Origin: a virus
DNA: 64,000 bases
Direction: 5' to 3' (one strand)
Virus record (IMG/VR): IMGVR_UViG_3300021185_003853
Span: 32,001-96,000 of that record
This document shows positions 7,531-16,661 of the stretch, piece after piece. Each line of letters starts with the position of its first letter. Within the stretch, counting starts at the first letter, position 1. The notes below the pieces were generated by a model. It saw nothing but the letters and a program-made list of their open reading frames with translations, was not told the DNA's origin and made no database searches. A program made the position numbers and the translations under genes.

Positions 7531-9694
7531 AAGCAGTGGCAGTTGCTACTAAAGCACCATTTGCTGGTGTTGCGGCCGCAAAGTTGTTTGTCGTGCTTTT
7601 ATTAATGACAGTATTATCGCCGCCTTTATTTACATTACCGCCACTATTAACAACCTGAACATTGCTTGTATCATTTGACCCTGTAGGACCGCCTCTTAAT
7701 CTTGTGCTTGCTTGAGTAGCAACACTTCCTTGACTTGTGCCGAGTATTTCATTCACCTTGCCCATTGCGATTGCTAATCCGTCAAGGTCTATATCAGGGT
7801 TATCAATCAAACCTTTTCCGAAATCAATCTCTGGGCCGTCAAAGAATCCTTCTCCTACCTTACCGCCTTTAGTCAACCCTTGAAGTAGCGGGATTGATTG
7901 ACCAAGTTTTGTTGCCATTCCTTCAAAATCAAGATCATTTGAATTGAACTTGATGCCAGAGAACTTAGTCATTGCTACAGCAATTCGTTCCAGCGCATTT
8001 GCTCCCTTTGTCAATCCCTCAGAGTTATCAGCAATGCCTTGAATTTGTGTGAACATATTATCTTCAGGATTTTTGCCGCCTGACAAGAAGTTTGCAATTG
8101 CTATGCCTACACCTTTAAATGCTGCACCAAATTGTGCTGACGAAAATGCTGATAATCCGTTTGAAATCCCTGTCATTGTGTTCTGAAACGCAGCACCATC
8201 AATTGCATTAATTGTTGTAAAATCAATTGATTCAATAGGCGCCAACATTTCCTTTAGACCCTCGAATGGGCCTTTTGCTTGCTGCGCTTCCTTACCTGTG
8301 AAGAATGAAACAATCATATTCTTCATGTTAGTCAAGCCTTCAGCGACTTTAGTAGCGCCTAATGATATTAGCATGGTAGCCATACCAGCACCTAAACCTG
8401 CCATACCTAACCCTAGGTTTGCAAAGTTGCTTCCGTCAATACCGTTGAATCCTTTTAACCCATCAGCGATATTAATCATGATACTTTTAAGGCCGGAACC
8501 GTCAGCGCCAACCAAACTTGCAACGCCGCCGCCCATTGCTATGCCCGATATGAAGCCGCCGAGACCTAAACCGATTGCAGTCGCACCTACTGCTGCTAAT
8601 CCTGCTACTGCAACGCCGCCAGGAACAGCGCCAAATATTGCCCCCGCTGCGAATAATCCCGTCAATCCTAACAATTGCCCGTCTGAGAATGCACTCAACC
8701 CCTCAGCAATATTTGTTGCAACTGTTTTAAATCCTGCGCCATCAAATCCCGCAAGTTCTGCTAATCCTCCGCCTGCTGCGATACCTCCAACGAATCCGCC
8801 AATACCTGCACCGATAGCAGTCATACCAACTGCCATTTTAAACGCACCACCTAACCCGCCAAATGCAGCGAACAATCCGCCAGCGGCAAGCATTCCACCT
8901 AATACTTTTGCAGTATCACCAGACATTGAACTGGCAAATGCCTCTAATCCTTTACCGACATTTTCTGCTTGAGTGGGAAAGTTAGATAAGTCAAGATTCA
9001 TAGCATCTATTGCTGTACTGGATGCTGCCAATCCACCAATAAACCCACCTATGCCTAAACCTATAGCAGTCATACCAACTGCTGCTAATCCTGATCTTTT
9101 CGCACCACCAAAGGCGCCAAACAGTGCACCAGTACCGAGCAATCCTGCAAGAGCTGCTCCGTTACTTAAATTAAATTTAGATAGACCCGTAGCAAGATTG
9201 CCCATTAATGAAACAAGGTGTTCGCCCGTTCCTAATTTACGTGCAGCTGCATCAGCGACTGCTAATCCTCCAATGAATCCGCCTATACCTGCACCAAGTG
9301 CTGCAAGACCCACACCTGCGCCAGCAAGTTTCATGAATAATCCTAAGCCGCCGCCGATACCCTTTTCGACTCCACGAGAAACGCCGCCACGGATTGTTGT
9401 GCCTTCTGAATCTGCAAGTCCTCTTACAGGCTTTTCTTTTGTAGAGAAAAACTTTGCAAAGAAACCTTTCTGTGCTGTCTCGCCTAATTTTTCATTTCTT
9501 ACAGCATCTTTTCTTTGCTCTGCCTGATTAGACATGAAGTTAAATAGCGTACTGTGAATAGAGTTTAAATGCGTGTTCGTTTGATCCAATGATTTGACCA
9601 TTGAATCTAATGCAGGTGTCAACGAGTTAAGCGTTTCCTTTGATAAGGTTACAACTTGTGGTGTGGGGCGTTTTTTAGGCGGTTTTTGTGCCAT
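7529..9694 (-). CDS. Tape-measure-like protein (gp29 analogue)
   Basis: 721 aa, Gly/Ala-rich, with the repeat GxxAIGxGIGGFIGG(L/I)A about every 80 aa. Lies downstream of 54-26-51. Confidence 0.65.
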   Translation of the reverse strand: MAQKPPKKRPTPQVVTLSKETLNSLTPALDSMVKSLDQTNTHLNSIHSTLFNFMSNQAEQRKDAVRNEKLGETAQKGFFAKFFSTKEKPVRGLADSEGTTIRGGVSRGVEKGIGGGLGLFMKLAGAGVGLAALGAGIGGFIGGLAVADAAARKLGTGEHLVSLMGNLATGLSKFNLSNGAALAGLLGTGALFGAFGGAKRSGLAAVGMTAIGLGIGGFIGGLAASSTAIDAMNLDLSNFPTQAENVGKGLEAFASSMSGDTAKVLGGMLAAGGLFAAFGGLGGAFKMAVGMTAIGAGIGGFVGGIAAGGGLAELAGFDGAGFKTVATNIAEGLSAFSDGQLLGLTGLFAAGAIFGAVPGGVAVAGLAAVGATAIGLGLGGFISGIAMGGGVASLVGADGSGLKSIMINIADGLKGFNGIDGSNFANLGLGMAGLGAGMATMLISLGATKVAEGLTNMKNMIVSFFTGKEAQQAKGPFEGLKEMLAPIESIDFTTINAIDGAAFQNTMTGISNGLSAFSSAQFGAAFKGVGIAIANFLSGGKNPEDNMFTQIQGIADNSEGLTKGANALERIAVAMTKFSGIKFNSNDLDFEGMATKLGQSIPLLQGLTKGGKVGEGFFDGPEIDFGKGLIDNPDIDLDGLAIAMGKVNEILGTSQGSVATQASTRLRGGPTGSNDTSNVQVVNSGGNVNKGGDNTVINKSTTNNFAAATPANGALVATATA

Positions 9695-9698
9695 TTAC

Positions 9699-9815
9699 TT
9701 AGTCCTTAAATTTACTATCGATCCAGCATTTACCATAGTAAAGGATACCTAGCCAGACGGTGAACAATACACCGTCAAGGTATGATAATGAATTCCACGC
9801 TTCAACAGGATCCAT
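9699..9815 (-). CDS. 38-aa membrane peptide, not in the ORF track
   Basis: MDPVEAWNSLSYLDGVLFTVWLGILYYGKCWIDSKFKD*; fills the gap between neighbours exactly. Confidence 0.65.
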   Translation of the reverse strand: MDPVEAWNSLSYLDGVLFTVWLGILYYGKCWIDSKFKD

Positions 9816-9816
9816 T

Positions 9817-10137
9817 TTATTTCTTCTTCATTGCTTGTGTGCCGAAGAAAGCAGCAACGATACCAGCAACAGCAACAAAGTATGTTGGTGCCATATCGCC
9901 TAATGTTTCTTGTGCTTGATCTAATCCTGCCATAGAAGCGCAAACAACTGCGAATGGATACAATAGCATACCTCCTAATGAAAACCATGCCATGTTACGC
10001 TGTGCATCACGCATAGCATCAGCATCTTCTAACTCTTTGCGCTTAAACTCAAGATACATTTGCTCTTCTGCGTCACTTACCTTACCATCGCCGTTTGAAT
10101 CAGCGGGATGATATACTTTAACTTGTTCGTCAGACAT
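9817..10137 (-). CDS. Membrane protein with EF-hand-like loop and two TM helices
   Basis: DSNGDGKVSDAE loop, two hydrophobic helices, basic C-terminus, GGAG RBS. Confidence 0.75.
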   Translation of the reverse strand: MSDEQVKVYHPADSNGDGKVSDAEEQMYLEFKRKELEDADAMRDAQRNMAWFSLGGMLLYPFAVVCASMAGLDQAQETLGDMAPTYFVAVAGIVAAFFGTQAMKKK

Positions 10138-10146
10138 TACATCTCC

Positions 10147-10323
10147 TTACATTGCGTTCTTTTCTTGTTGTTTAGAATCTTCAATAAACTGTAATAACAT
10201 ATCAAGGTAAATATCCCTCTCATATGGTATTATGTTTTCTATTTCGCTTATCTGATATTTATAATGTTGAGCCAGTGCAAACACGTTTTGATAATATAAT
10301 GCCAACGTGTTATGGACCAACAT
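10147..10323 (-). CDS. 51: Baseplate hub assembly protein gp51 (58 aa), not in the ORF track
   Basis: MLVHNTLAYYYQNVFALAQHYKYQISEIENIIPYERDIYLDML...; TAATG overlap with gene 26. Confidence 0.85.
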   Translation of the reverse strand: MLVHNTLALYYQNVFALAQHYKYQISEIENIIPYERDIYLDMLLQFIEDSKQQEKNAM

Positions 10324-11033
10324 TAAGTAAAAAAAGTGTCCATCCCCTCCATATTGAAGGTTTTGTCTTTTCCAGTATTATCTGTATAATTTACAGAGTA
10401 TTTCATTTTGGGACTTGTAGCAAAAAACTGTTGTAGCTGTTCCACTGTTGATGTTGTAAATTGCTCTACAAATTCTTCAATCTCCTTAGGAGAGAAGTCG
10501 CTAAAGCTATATACCTCATCAGTAGTGCTGTCAACTAATGTTTCGATACATGCTACCATCGTATTAAACAATATATTCGCCTCTGATTCACCTTCAACGT
10601 CTTGCAACCCAGCAAGTTCATTGATAGTAGGATATCTCATCATCATAAAGTATTGATCGTTTAGTTCAACTTTTTTTACGTGATCTGGGTCACGAGTTAT
10701 TTGTATTTCGTCAATATCAACCTTTAATTCTACTTCTTCTTCTGTGTCAGGATCTTGAATCGTAAATTTAATTTCATTGTTGACTGACTTTGCTCTGACC
10801 TGCAACATAATGTATTCAAGGTCAAATACTGACAGTGTATCAACGTCAACATCTTGACAACAATTGTTAACAATTTGTTTAACTGCAAGAACAATTTGTT
10901 CTATATCACCCGACTCACGAGCGATTAAAAGAACTTTTTCCTCTTTAACAGTGAAAGGTCTAAAGGTAATCTTTTTTTCCGTAGAAGGAACAGTGAGTTC
11001 GAATAACGGTTGATCAATCTTGGGTAATCCCAT
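10323..11033 (-). CDS. 26: Baseplate hub assembly chaperone gp26
   Basis: LPKI..P.FEL.VPS, FRPFTVKEEKVLL, FDLEYIMLQVRAKSVN, MRYP, FFATSPK. Confidence 0.9.
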   Translation of the reverse strand: MGLPKIDQPLFELTVPSTEKKITFRPFTVKEEKVLLIARESGDIEQIVLAVKQIVNNCCQDVDVDTLSVFDLEYIMLQVRAKSVNNEIKFTIQDPDTEEEVELKVDIDEIQITRDPDHVKKVELNDQYFMMMRYPTINELAGLQDVEGESEANILFNTMVACIETLVDSTTDEVYSFSDFSPKEIEEFVEQFTTSTVEQLQQFFATSPKMKYSVNYTDNTGKDKTFNMEGMDTFFT

Positions 11034-11053
11034 ATTATACTCCTATAAAATAA

Positions 11054-11809
11054 TCAAAATGGAAGCGTGTCTATCAATCTTCCTACATTGTTTGTTTGCG
11101 TAATCAAATCCTGAATGCTGTTTGGCTTTCTTATCTGTTTAATTTGTTGTGCTACACTATTTATAGATGATAAGAAACCAAGTAACCCTGTCTTACTATT
11201 AAATCCTGATACAATGCCGTCATCTGCACCTTCAACGCTGAATGAATCATATGCAAAGTTAACAGTAATGGTCATAACCTCTGCGCCATTTTCCCATGCA
11301 ACCTGAACACCGCCTACTGATACTGGGAATGCGCCATTAAATTTGTAGTTGTATGTTATTTGTTCTTGGTGATACGAATAAACAACAACTTCTAATGTTG
11401 AACTATAATCATCATGATAATTAAATTCATACAACCCACGACCATCAACAGAGTTTAAAGGACCTGATCCGTTTCCGTGATTGAAAACACTTTGATTCCA
11501 TTGATGAAATAACTTCTTAATTGCAAAATTAGAATCGACCATAAACACTAAGGGAACTGTTCCGTTTTCCATTGCAGTTGCACGCTTTTGAGATACCCCA
11601 TGCCCCTGTGTTTTGATGTCTGTTACATTCAGTTCGAGGTCAGGCAATTGAACAGATCGACAAAAGAAAGGAATGTCTCTAATGTTCATACCTTCATTAC
11701 CAGCCGAACTCAATGAGGCGGGCAACGAGAATCGTGCGAGGAATAAATTATTAAGTGCAACTCCGTGACGGTTGATTGTTGCACTGAAATCTGCTACATT
11801 AAATGGCAT
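11054..11809 (-). CDS. 54: Tail tube initiator, gp54-like (tail-tube fold)
   Basis: CRSVQLP, FHQW, YxDDY, GAFPVSVGGVQVAW, TVNFAY; synteny with 26 and 2. Confidence 0.7.
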   Translation of the reverse strand: MPFNVADFSATINRHGVALNNLFLARFSLPASLSSAGNEGMNIRDIPFFCRSVQLPDLELNVTDIKTQGHGVSQKRATAMENGTVPLVFMVDSNFAIKKLFHQWNQSVFNHGNGSGPLNSVDGRGLYEFNYHDDYSSTLEVVVYSYHQEQITYNYKFNGAFPVSVGGVQVAWENGAEVMTITVNFAYDSFSVEGADDGIVSGFNSKTGLLGFLSSINSVAQQIKQIRKPNSIQDLITQTNNVGRLIDTLPF

Positions 11810-11815
11810 TGTACG

Positions 11816-12415
11816 CTACCCCCTGATAGCACGTCTTGAATCCGCAAATACTTGCGCTTTTGATGCACCAACAAATCTTTCTGTCGGCAAAAATAATGCT
11901 ATATCCCACTCTGAGGGATACACATATAAAAATTTACTTGTTACTTGTGAGGTCAGATAACGCTTAACACAAGGTTTGAAAGGACCGTATTTTGCTGCTT
12001 TGTCCAATATCTGATATGATATTCTTAATTTTGTTGACTCATCATATTTTGTATTGTTAGCAGTATCATACAATGCGTCCATCAATTTAGCACGTAATTG
12101 TAAAGGCAGGTAGTGCATGTTTAATCCCATGAACCCACCAGGTACCTTCTTATACGGAAAGATCAACGGCAATCTATCATAGTACGGCAATGTTGCTTTG
12201 TGCTTTGCAACATATTCCATCATATACATGCCACCTACAAGAGGTTGAGACATCATTCGTTCTTTATCACTACCCTTGCCGAATAATTTATTCTCTGATA
12301 CATTCTTATATTGTTTTGCTGTGTCACGATACCAATTACGTGCCTTAGATGTGCGAGCAGGTATCTGTCCCGCTCGAACGCCTTTGGTTAGTATTTCATC
12401 AAATAGTGTAGACAT
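11816..12415 (-). CDS. 2: DNA end protector gp2
   Basis: KHKATLPYYDRLPLIF, GLNMHYLP, KPCVKRYL, EWDIALFLPTERF. Confidence 0.93.
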   Translation of the reverse strand: MSTLFDEILTKGVRAGQIPARTSKARNWYRDTAKQYKNVSENKLFGKGSDKERMMSQPLVGGMYMMEYVAKHKATLPYYDRLPLIFPYKKVPGGFMGLNMHYLPLQLRAKLMDALYDTANNTKYDESTKLRISYQILDKAAKYGPFKPCVKRYLTSQVTSKFLYVYPSEWDIALFLPTERFVGASKAQVFADSRRAIRG

Positions 12416-12859
12416 TTAGATCTTTACGATACCTGCTTCCATTAGAATGCCTCTGTTTCTTAGATGTTCAAATACAATATCATCCTTGCTTTGACCATGA
12501 TAAGGAACAGCGTGATGTTCTTCAATCATAATTTTTGTGACTGGCCGCCATGCATCTGTCTTTGCATCATAGACATCAAAGTCACCAAGGATACGACCGA
12601 ACTTACCTTTCATGTCCTCCCCTTTCTTACTAATTTGTGTACGTAACACAGGGTTAGGACCTAATAATTCTTTGAGACGTTGCTTTGCTGCCAATCCAAA
12701 TACTTTTTCTACTTTGTCTCGTGTACGTGATTCAGGAGTATCGATGCCCATGATTCTTACACGTTCTTTTTTCATCCAAACACCAAAACCTAGATCAATA
12801 TCTACATCTACAGTATCACCGTCAACAATTTTTACTACTTTACATTTATAATCATACAT
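12416..12859 (-). CDS. Staphylococcal nuclease (SNase)-family endonuclease
   Basis: VVKIVDGDTVD, RVRIMGIDTPE, GKFGRILG. Confidence 0.88.
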   Translation of the reverse strand: MYDYKCKVVKIVDGDTVDVDIDLGFGVWMKKERVRIMGIDTPESRTRDKVEKVFGLAAKQRLKELLGPNPVLRTQISKKGEDMKGKFGRILGDFDVYDAKTDAWRPVTKIMIEEHHAVPYHGQSKDDIVFEHLRNRGILMEAGIVKI

Positions 12860-12860
12860 A

Positions 12861-13310
12861 TTATTTTATTCCTAGATGGTCTTCGTGCATTATTTGAAAG
12901 CGATACCCTCTATCAATACAATATTCTTCTGCTGCTTTCCACTTTGCGCTATTGATACCCCAATCCTTTACTTCACGGATGTAACGCTTTGTGGGTTTGC
13001 TTCCTTTCTTTTTAATGACAGGCGGCCCGCATTGATACTTTGGTTTCACTTCTATTAAAATTTTTTCTTTCTTGTTATCTTTATTTATCATTTCTACATA
13101 GAAATCAGGAAAATATCTGTGCATCTTTCCATCAATAGGTGAACGATACGGAATAACAATTTCTTCACTATTCCATAGCAATACGCCAGGATGTTTATCA
13201 AGGTAGGACATTAATTTTAATTCCCATCCACTACGATAAATAATATTTGTCGAATCACCTCTATACTTCTCTGGGTGTCGAGGTTTAAATTTTCCTTGCA
13301 TCAAAGGCAT
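12861..13310 (-). CDS. 4: Head completion nuclease gp4 (TnsA-like)
   Basis: KYRGD..IIYRSGWE, WNSEEIVIPY, HRYFPDF, LIEVKP, AKWKAA. Confidence 0.93.
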   Translation of the reverse strand: MPLMQGKFKPRHPEKYRGDSTNIIYRSGWELKLMSYLDKHPGVLLWNSEEIVIPYRSPIDGKMHRYFPDFYVEMINKDNKKEKILIEVKPKYQCGPPVIKKKGSKPTKRYIREVKDWGINSAKWKAAEEYCIDRGYRFQIMHEDHLGIK

Positions 13311-13323
13311 TATACATTACTCA

Positions 13324-13355
13324 TATAAATAAAGTTATCACTTTATGTATTTATA
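13324..13355. promoter_or_regulatory. Pair of T4 late promoters for the divergent gene 4 and gene 48 operons
   Basis: TATAAATA on + at 13324-13331 and on - at 13348-13355. Confidence 0.85.
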
Positions 13356-13369
13356 CAGGACAAAAGTAA

Positions 13370-14449
13370 ATGGCAAGCGGTAACGAAACAGTTAATGCAT
13401 CAAAAAAAGATTCTAGCTTAGAGGTCTTAAGTTTTCCCAGTAACCTGGGCGTACACCAAATGATCTTAAAATTTTATGAATACGACTACTCTCGTGTGTC
13501 GAAAGGTAAAGGTGCTCATGGAGTAAAGGCATCTATCGCCTTGCCGTTGCCGCAAAATATTGTTGATCAATCTCGCCTTGAAGTTGGTGGCACACAGTTA
13601 GGTGTGCTTGGTGGGATTACTGCAGACATCTCAGGTGCTGCAAAGTCAGGCAATCTAGGTGCTAATGCACAAAAAGACATCAGTGCGTTCAAAAATGAAG
13701 ACGGATCATTTAAAGGTGCTACTGAAATGATGAGTGCCTTTGCAAACAATTTTAAAGATGTTATTGGTTCGGGCATGGATGCATCTGTTTATTTGTTGAA
13801 AGCAGGTGTGGGAAGCATTGCTCCACAGATAGGACAAGCATTATCAGCAACAAGTGGAGCAGCATTGAACCCACAAACAACGCTTGTATTTGATGGTGTT
13901 GATCTAAAAATTCATAACTTTGAATGGTTGTTGTCTCCTAAGAATGAAAAAGAACAAAAAGAATTAGATAAAATCATTCAGCTCATACAATACTATATTC
14001 ATCCTGACTACAAAAGTCCTGCGGCAGGGTTAGAGTCGTCAACATTCAGAAGTGTTAGTCGTGGACTATTAACATATCCTGCGCTTATGCAAGTAGAGTT
14101 AGTTGGTGTATCAGGCAATCTTAAAACAGTATTCAAGTCAGGTAAATATTTAATGGTCAATCAATTTGCTGTTGACTATACTCCACAAGGCATGGTATTG
14201 AATAAAGGCGGCACAGCATCAGTTATTCGTTGCTCGTTAAATACAACTGAAAGCGAAATTCATACTCGTGCTGACTATCGTTATGGCGAATTTGGTGCGT
14301 TAGGTGATGAATCAAATGATCTTTCTGATATTTTAACTGATGTATTAGATGGCGCAGCTGACATTGAGGACATCGTTCAAGGCGAAATCGACAGTCAACT
14401 TAGTGGTGCAGTTAGTGATCTCGCAGACAAATATAACGTAACTGCTTAG
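13370..14449 (+). CDS. 48: Baseplate tail tube cap gp48
   Basis: SIALPLP, ALNPQTTLVFDGVDLKIHNFEWLLSPKNEKE, LTYP, VDYTP. Confidence 0.85.
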   Translation: MASGNETVNASKKDSSLEVLSFPSNLGVHQMILKFYEYDYSRVSKGKGAHGVKASIALPLPQNIVDQSRLEVGGTQLGVLGGITADISGAAKSGNLGANAQKDISAFKNEDGSFKGATEMMSAFANNFKDVIGSGMDASVYLLKAGVGSIAPQIGQALSATSGAALNPQTTLVFDGVDLKIHNFEWLLSPKNEKEQKELDKIIQLIQYYIHPDYKSPAAGLESSTFRSVSRGLLTYPALMQVELVGVSGNLKTVFKSGKYLMVNQFAVDYTPQGMVLNKGGTASVIRCSLNTTESEIHTRADYRYGEFGALGDESNDLSDILTDVLDGAADIEDIVQGEIDSQLSGAVSDLADKYNVTA

Positions 14450-14458
14450 GAATAAATT

Positions 14459-15181
14459 ATGTATTTTAAATCTTTTCCGACAACCCTTTGGGACAAAAAA
14501 GAGATGGTAGACATCTCTAGACGTGCGACTATCCTTAATAAAGTTAAAGGTGATCCATATGGATTCGTTCCTTATACAGTTCAGGATGGCGATACGATAG
14601 AAATGATTGCATATCATTACTATGGCGATGCAGAATTGTCATGGTTGGTCCTACTTGCTAATAATATTATTGATCCTTATGAAGATTTTTTCAAAGAGAC
14701 AGGACAACTAGATCAATATATTACTAACAAATATCGTGAAGAATGGTATCAAGCAGCTATAGTTGATAATGTCTTAGGGCTGGTGCATCCTGTTACTAGG
14801 TTAGTATCAACTGATCCTGAATTAACGCTCGAACTATATGTTAGTTACACCGGCAATAGTAACTATAGGTATTGGAGTGAAGACGAAACCGTATTGAGAT
14901 GGACACAAAACCAAGTTATTCCATCAAGTACGGGCAATAAGTTCTTGGGTGAAGATGCTGCTCGAGCGTTTAAAACAATTAAATATTATTATTCAAAAAA
15001 TAATCCTAACATACAAATCTCGCCCGCCACACAAATAAAATATCCTTCAGGCGAGTTTGTTCCTAAGTATATTTACGACCATGAAGTAGAAGAGAACGAA
15101 AAGAAACGTAATATTAATTTAATTTCTGATATTTACGTCAATCAAATCATAGATGAGATGAAGACAGTTCTAAATGACTAA
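14459..15181 (+). CDS. 53: Baseplate wedge gp53
   Basis: MYFKSFP, LysM-like YTVQDGDTIEMIAYHYYG..WLVLLANNIIDP, ENEKKRNINLI. Confidence 0.88.
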   Translation: MYFKSFPTTLWDKKEMVDISRRATILNKVKGDPYGFVPYTVQDGDTIEMIAYHYYGDAELSWLVLLANNIIDPYEDFFKETGQLDQYITNKYREEWYQAAIVDNVLGLVHPVTRLVSTDPELTLELYVSYTGNSNYRYWSEDETVLRWTQNQVIPSSTGNKFLGEDAARAFKTIKYYYSKNNPNIQISPATQIKYPSGEFVPKYIYDHEVEENEKKRNINLISDIYVNQIIDEMKTVLND

Positions 15182-16661
15182 AGCAAAGATCGCACCCCAT
15201 GCAGGATACGTTGACGTTTCGAAACTTTTAATCGTTTCGCACGAGAGCGGGAAGTCAGTCGATATAAAAGCAAACTACGTCTCGATCCACATGACCGAAA
15301 ACTTATACAATCCTTTCGTAGATGGATACATTGATATTGCGGACACTTACGGAATGATATACCCCACCGCTTCTGAACGATCAGACGATAATTTTTTTCA
15401 AATACGAGGCGAAGAGTATCTACATATAGAGTACTACGACTACAAATCTTTCGATGATGCATCAGAACTCAAAAAAGAAACTTATTTTATATACGCTATC
15501 GAAGAGATAGAGATGCTTGATCGTAAGAAAGAGACAGGTTTACAATACAGACTCTTCTTTACATCACCACAAAAAGTATTTTCTGATACAAAACTTATAA
15601 GCAAAGCATATAGAAACATGTCATGTAGTGAGATAGTACAAAGCATATACGATGAATACTATACAAACACAACAAACGATCTATGTAAACACAAAGATAA
15701 TAACGGAAATATATTAAATATAAAGAAAGATCTTATAATAGAAGAGACAAAAGCAAAGTATACAATCGTAATACCTAACCTTTCACCAGAGAAAGCAATA
15801 CAGTTTATAGGTAAACGAGCGTATAGCGAAAAAAATTCAAGCAGTTTCTTCATGTTTTTCGAGACGAGAGACAATTTTTATTTTTGCACCACAGAATACC
15901 TTGTAGAAAAGAATCGATTAAAATCAATTGAGCAGGGGGAACGATTTGAGTATTCTTCAGGTAAAGATGACAATTCTCCTGATGGACAAGAACGTGCGAT
16001 GAACATCATATCGAATGGCACTTTCCCCTCAATCAACTCGATGGAAGCGATTAAGAAACAAGCGTATTCACGTAGAATCAGCGAGATAGATCTAGCGAAT
16101 CGAGACATCAATCACTTCTATTATCAATACAAAGATAACTATACAGGGTATGAGAACATTGATAAGCGACCACAGTTGCAGAACTCTAAAGCGTTTATAA
16201 CACAAACGACTGGAGATGTCAACCATATAGATGATACGTATGTGTTTAAGGACTATGCAGGTATCGGTGAAGCGTATCAGAAACAAGCGAATCATGATAG
16301 ACAGTATCCATATTATAAGGAAACATTAAGTACGAAACCTGTGTTTGCATATCACTTTGCAAAGAATACTATGACAGGATCTATTAAAGGAAGGAATAAG
16401 ATGTTTCCTGGATCTTTAATCAATGTTGATATACCTGAGTATGCAGTTACATCTATGAAAAATAATATTCCTTTAGATAAGTACTTTGGCGGTACACAGA
16501 TGGTTGTATCATTAAGCCATGTTATAGTAAATAATGAATGGAATAGTTCTATATCATTTACGAAAGCATTACGTGGAGGAGGGAGTGCACCTAACGCCCC
16601 TGGATCGAATGCATCTGCTGTAAGTGAAGAGAAACCAACAGGACAGAGTGAGACATCATAA
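15174..16661 (+). CDS. Baseplate hub protein, gp27-like
   Basis: Located between 53 and 5; motifs IRGEE, IPNLSP, FMFFETRDNFYF, SLSH. Confidence 0.6.
   Translation: MTKAKIAPHAGYVDVSKLLIVSHESGKSVDIKANYVSIHMTENLYNPFVDGYIDIADTYGMIYPTASERSDDNFFQIRGEEYLHIEYYDYKSFDDASELKKETYFIYAIEEIEMLDRKKETGLQYRLFFTSPQKVFSDTKLISKAYRNMSCSEIVQSIYDEYYTNTTNDLCKHKDNNGNILNIKKDLIIEETKAKYTIVIPNLSPEKAIQFIGKRAYSEKNSSSFFMFFETRDNFYFCTTEYLVEKNRLKSIEQGERFEYSSGKDDNSPDGQERAMNIISNGTFPSINSMEAIKKQAYSRRISEIDLANRDINHFYYQYKDNYTGYENIDKRPQLQNSKAFITQTTGDVNHIDDTYVFKDYAGIGEAYQKQANHDRQYPYYKETLSTKPVFAYHFAKNTMTGSIKGRNKMFPGSLINVDIPEYAVTSMKNNIPLDKYFGGTQMVVSLSHVIVNNEWNSSISFTKALRGGGSAPNAPGSNASAVSEEKPTGQSETS

Noticed and set aside
8298-9527. Long plus-strand ORFs (224 and 184 aa, Pro/Ala/Asn-rich)
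   Set aside because: Antisense shadows of the Gly/Ala-rich tape-measure-like gene. The other short antisense ORFs in the track were dismissed for the same reason.
12861-13310. TnsA transposase or homing endonuclease
   Set aside because: It is the core T4 gp4 head-completion protein in its usual context.
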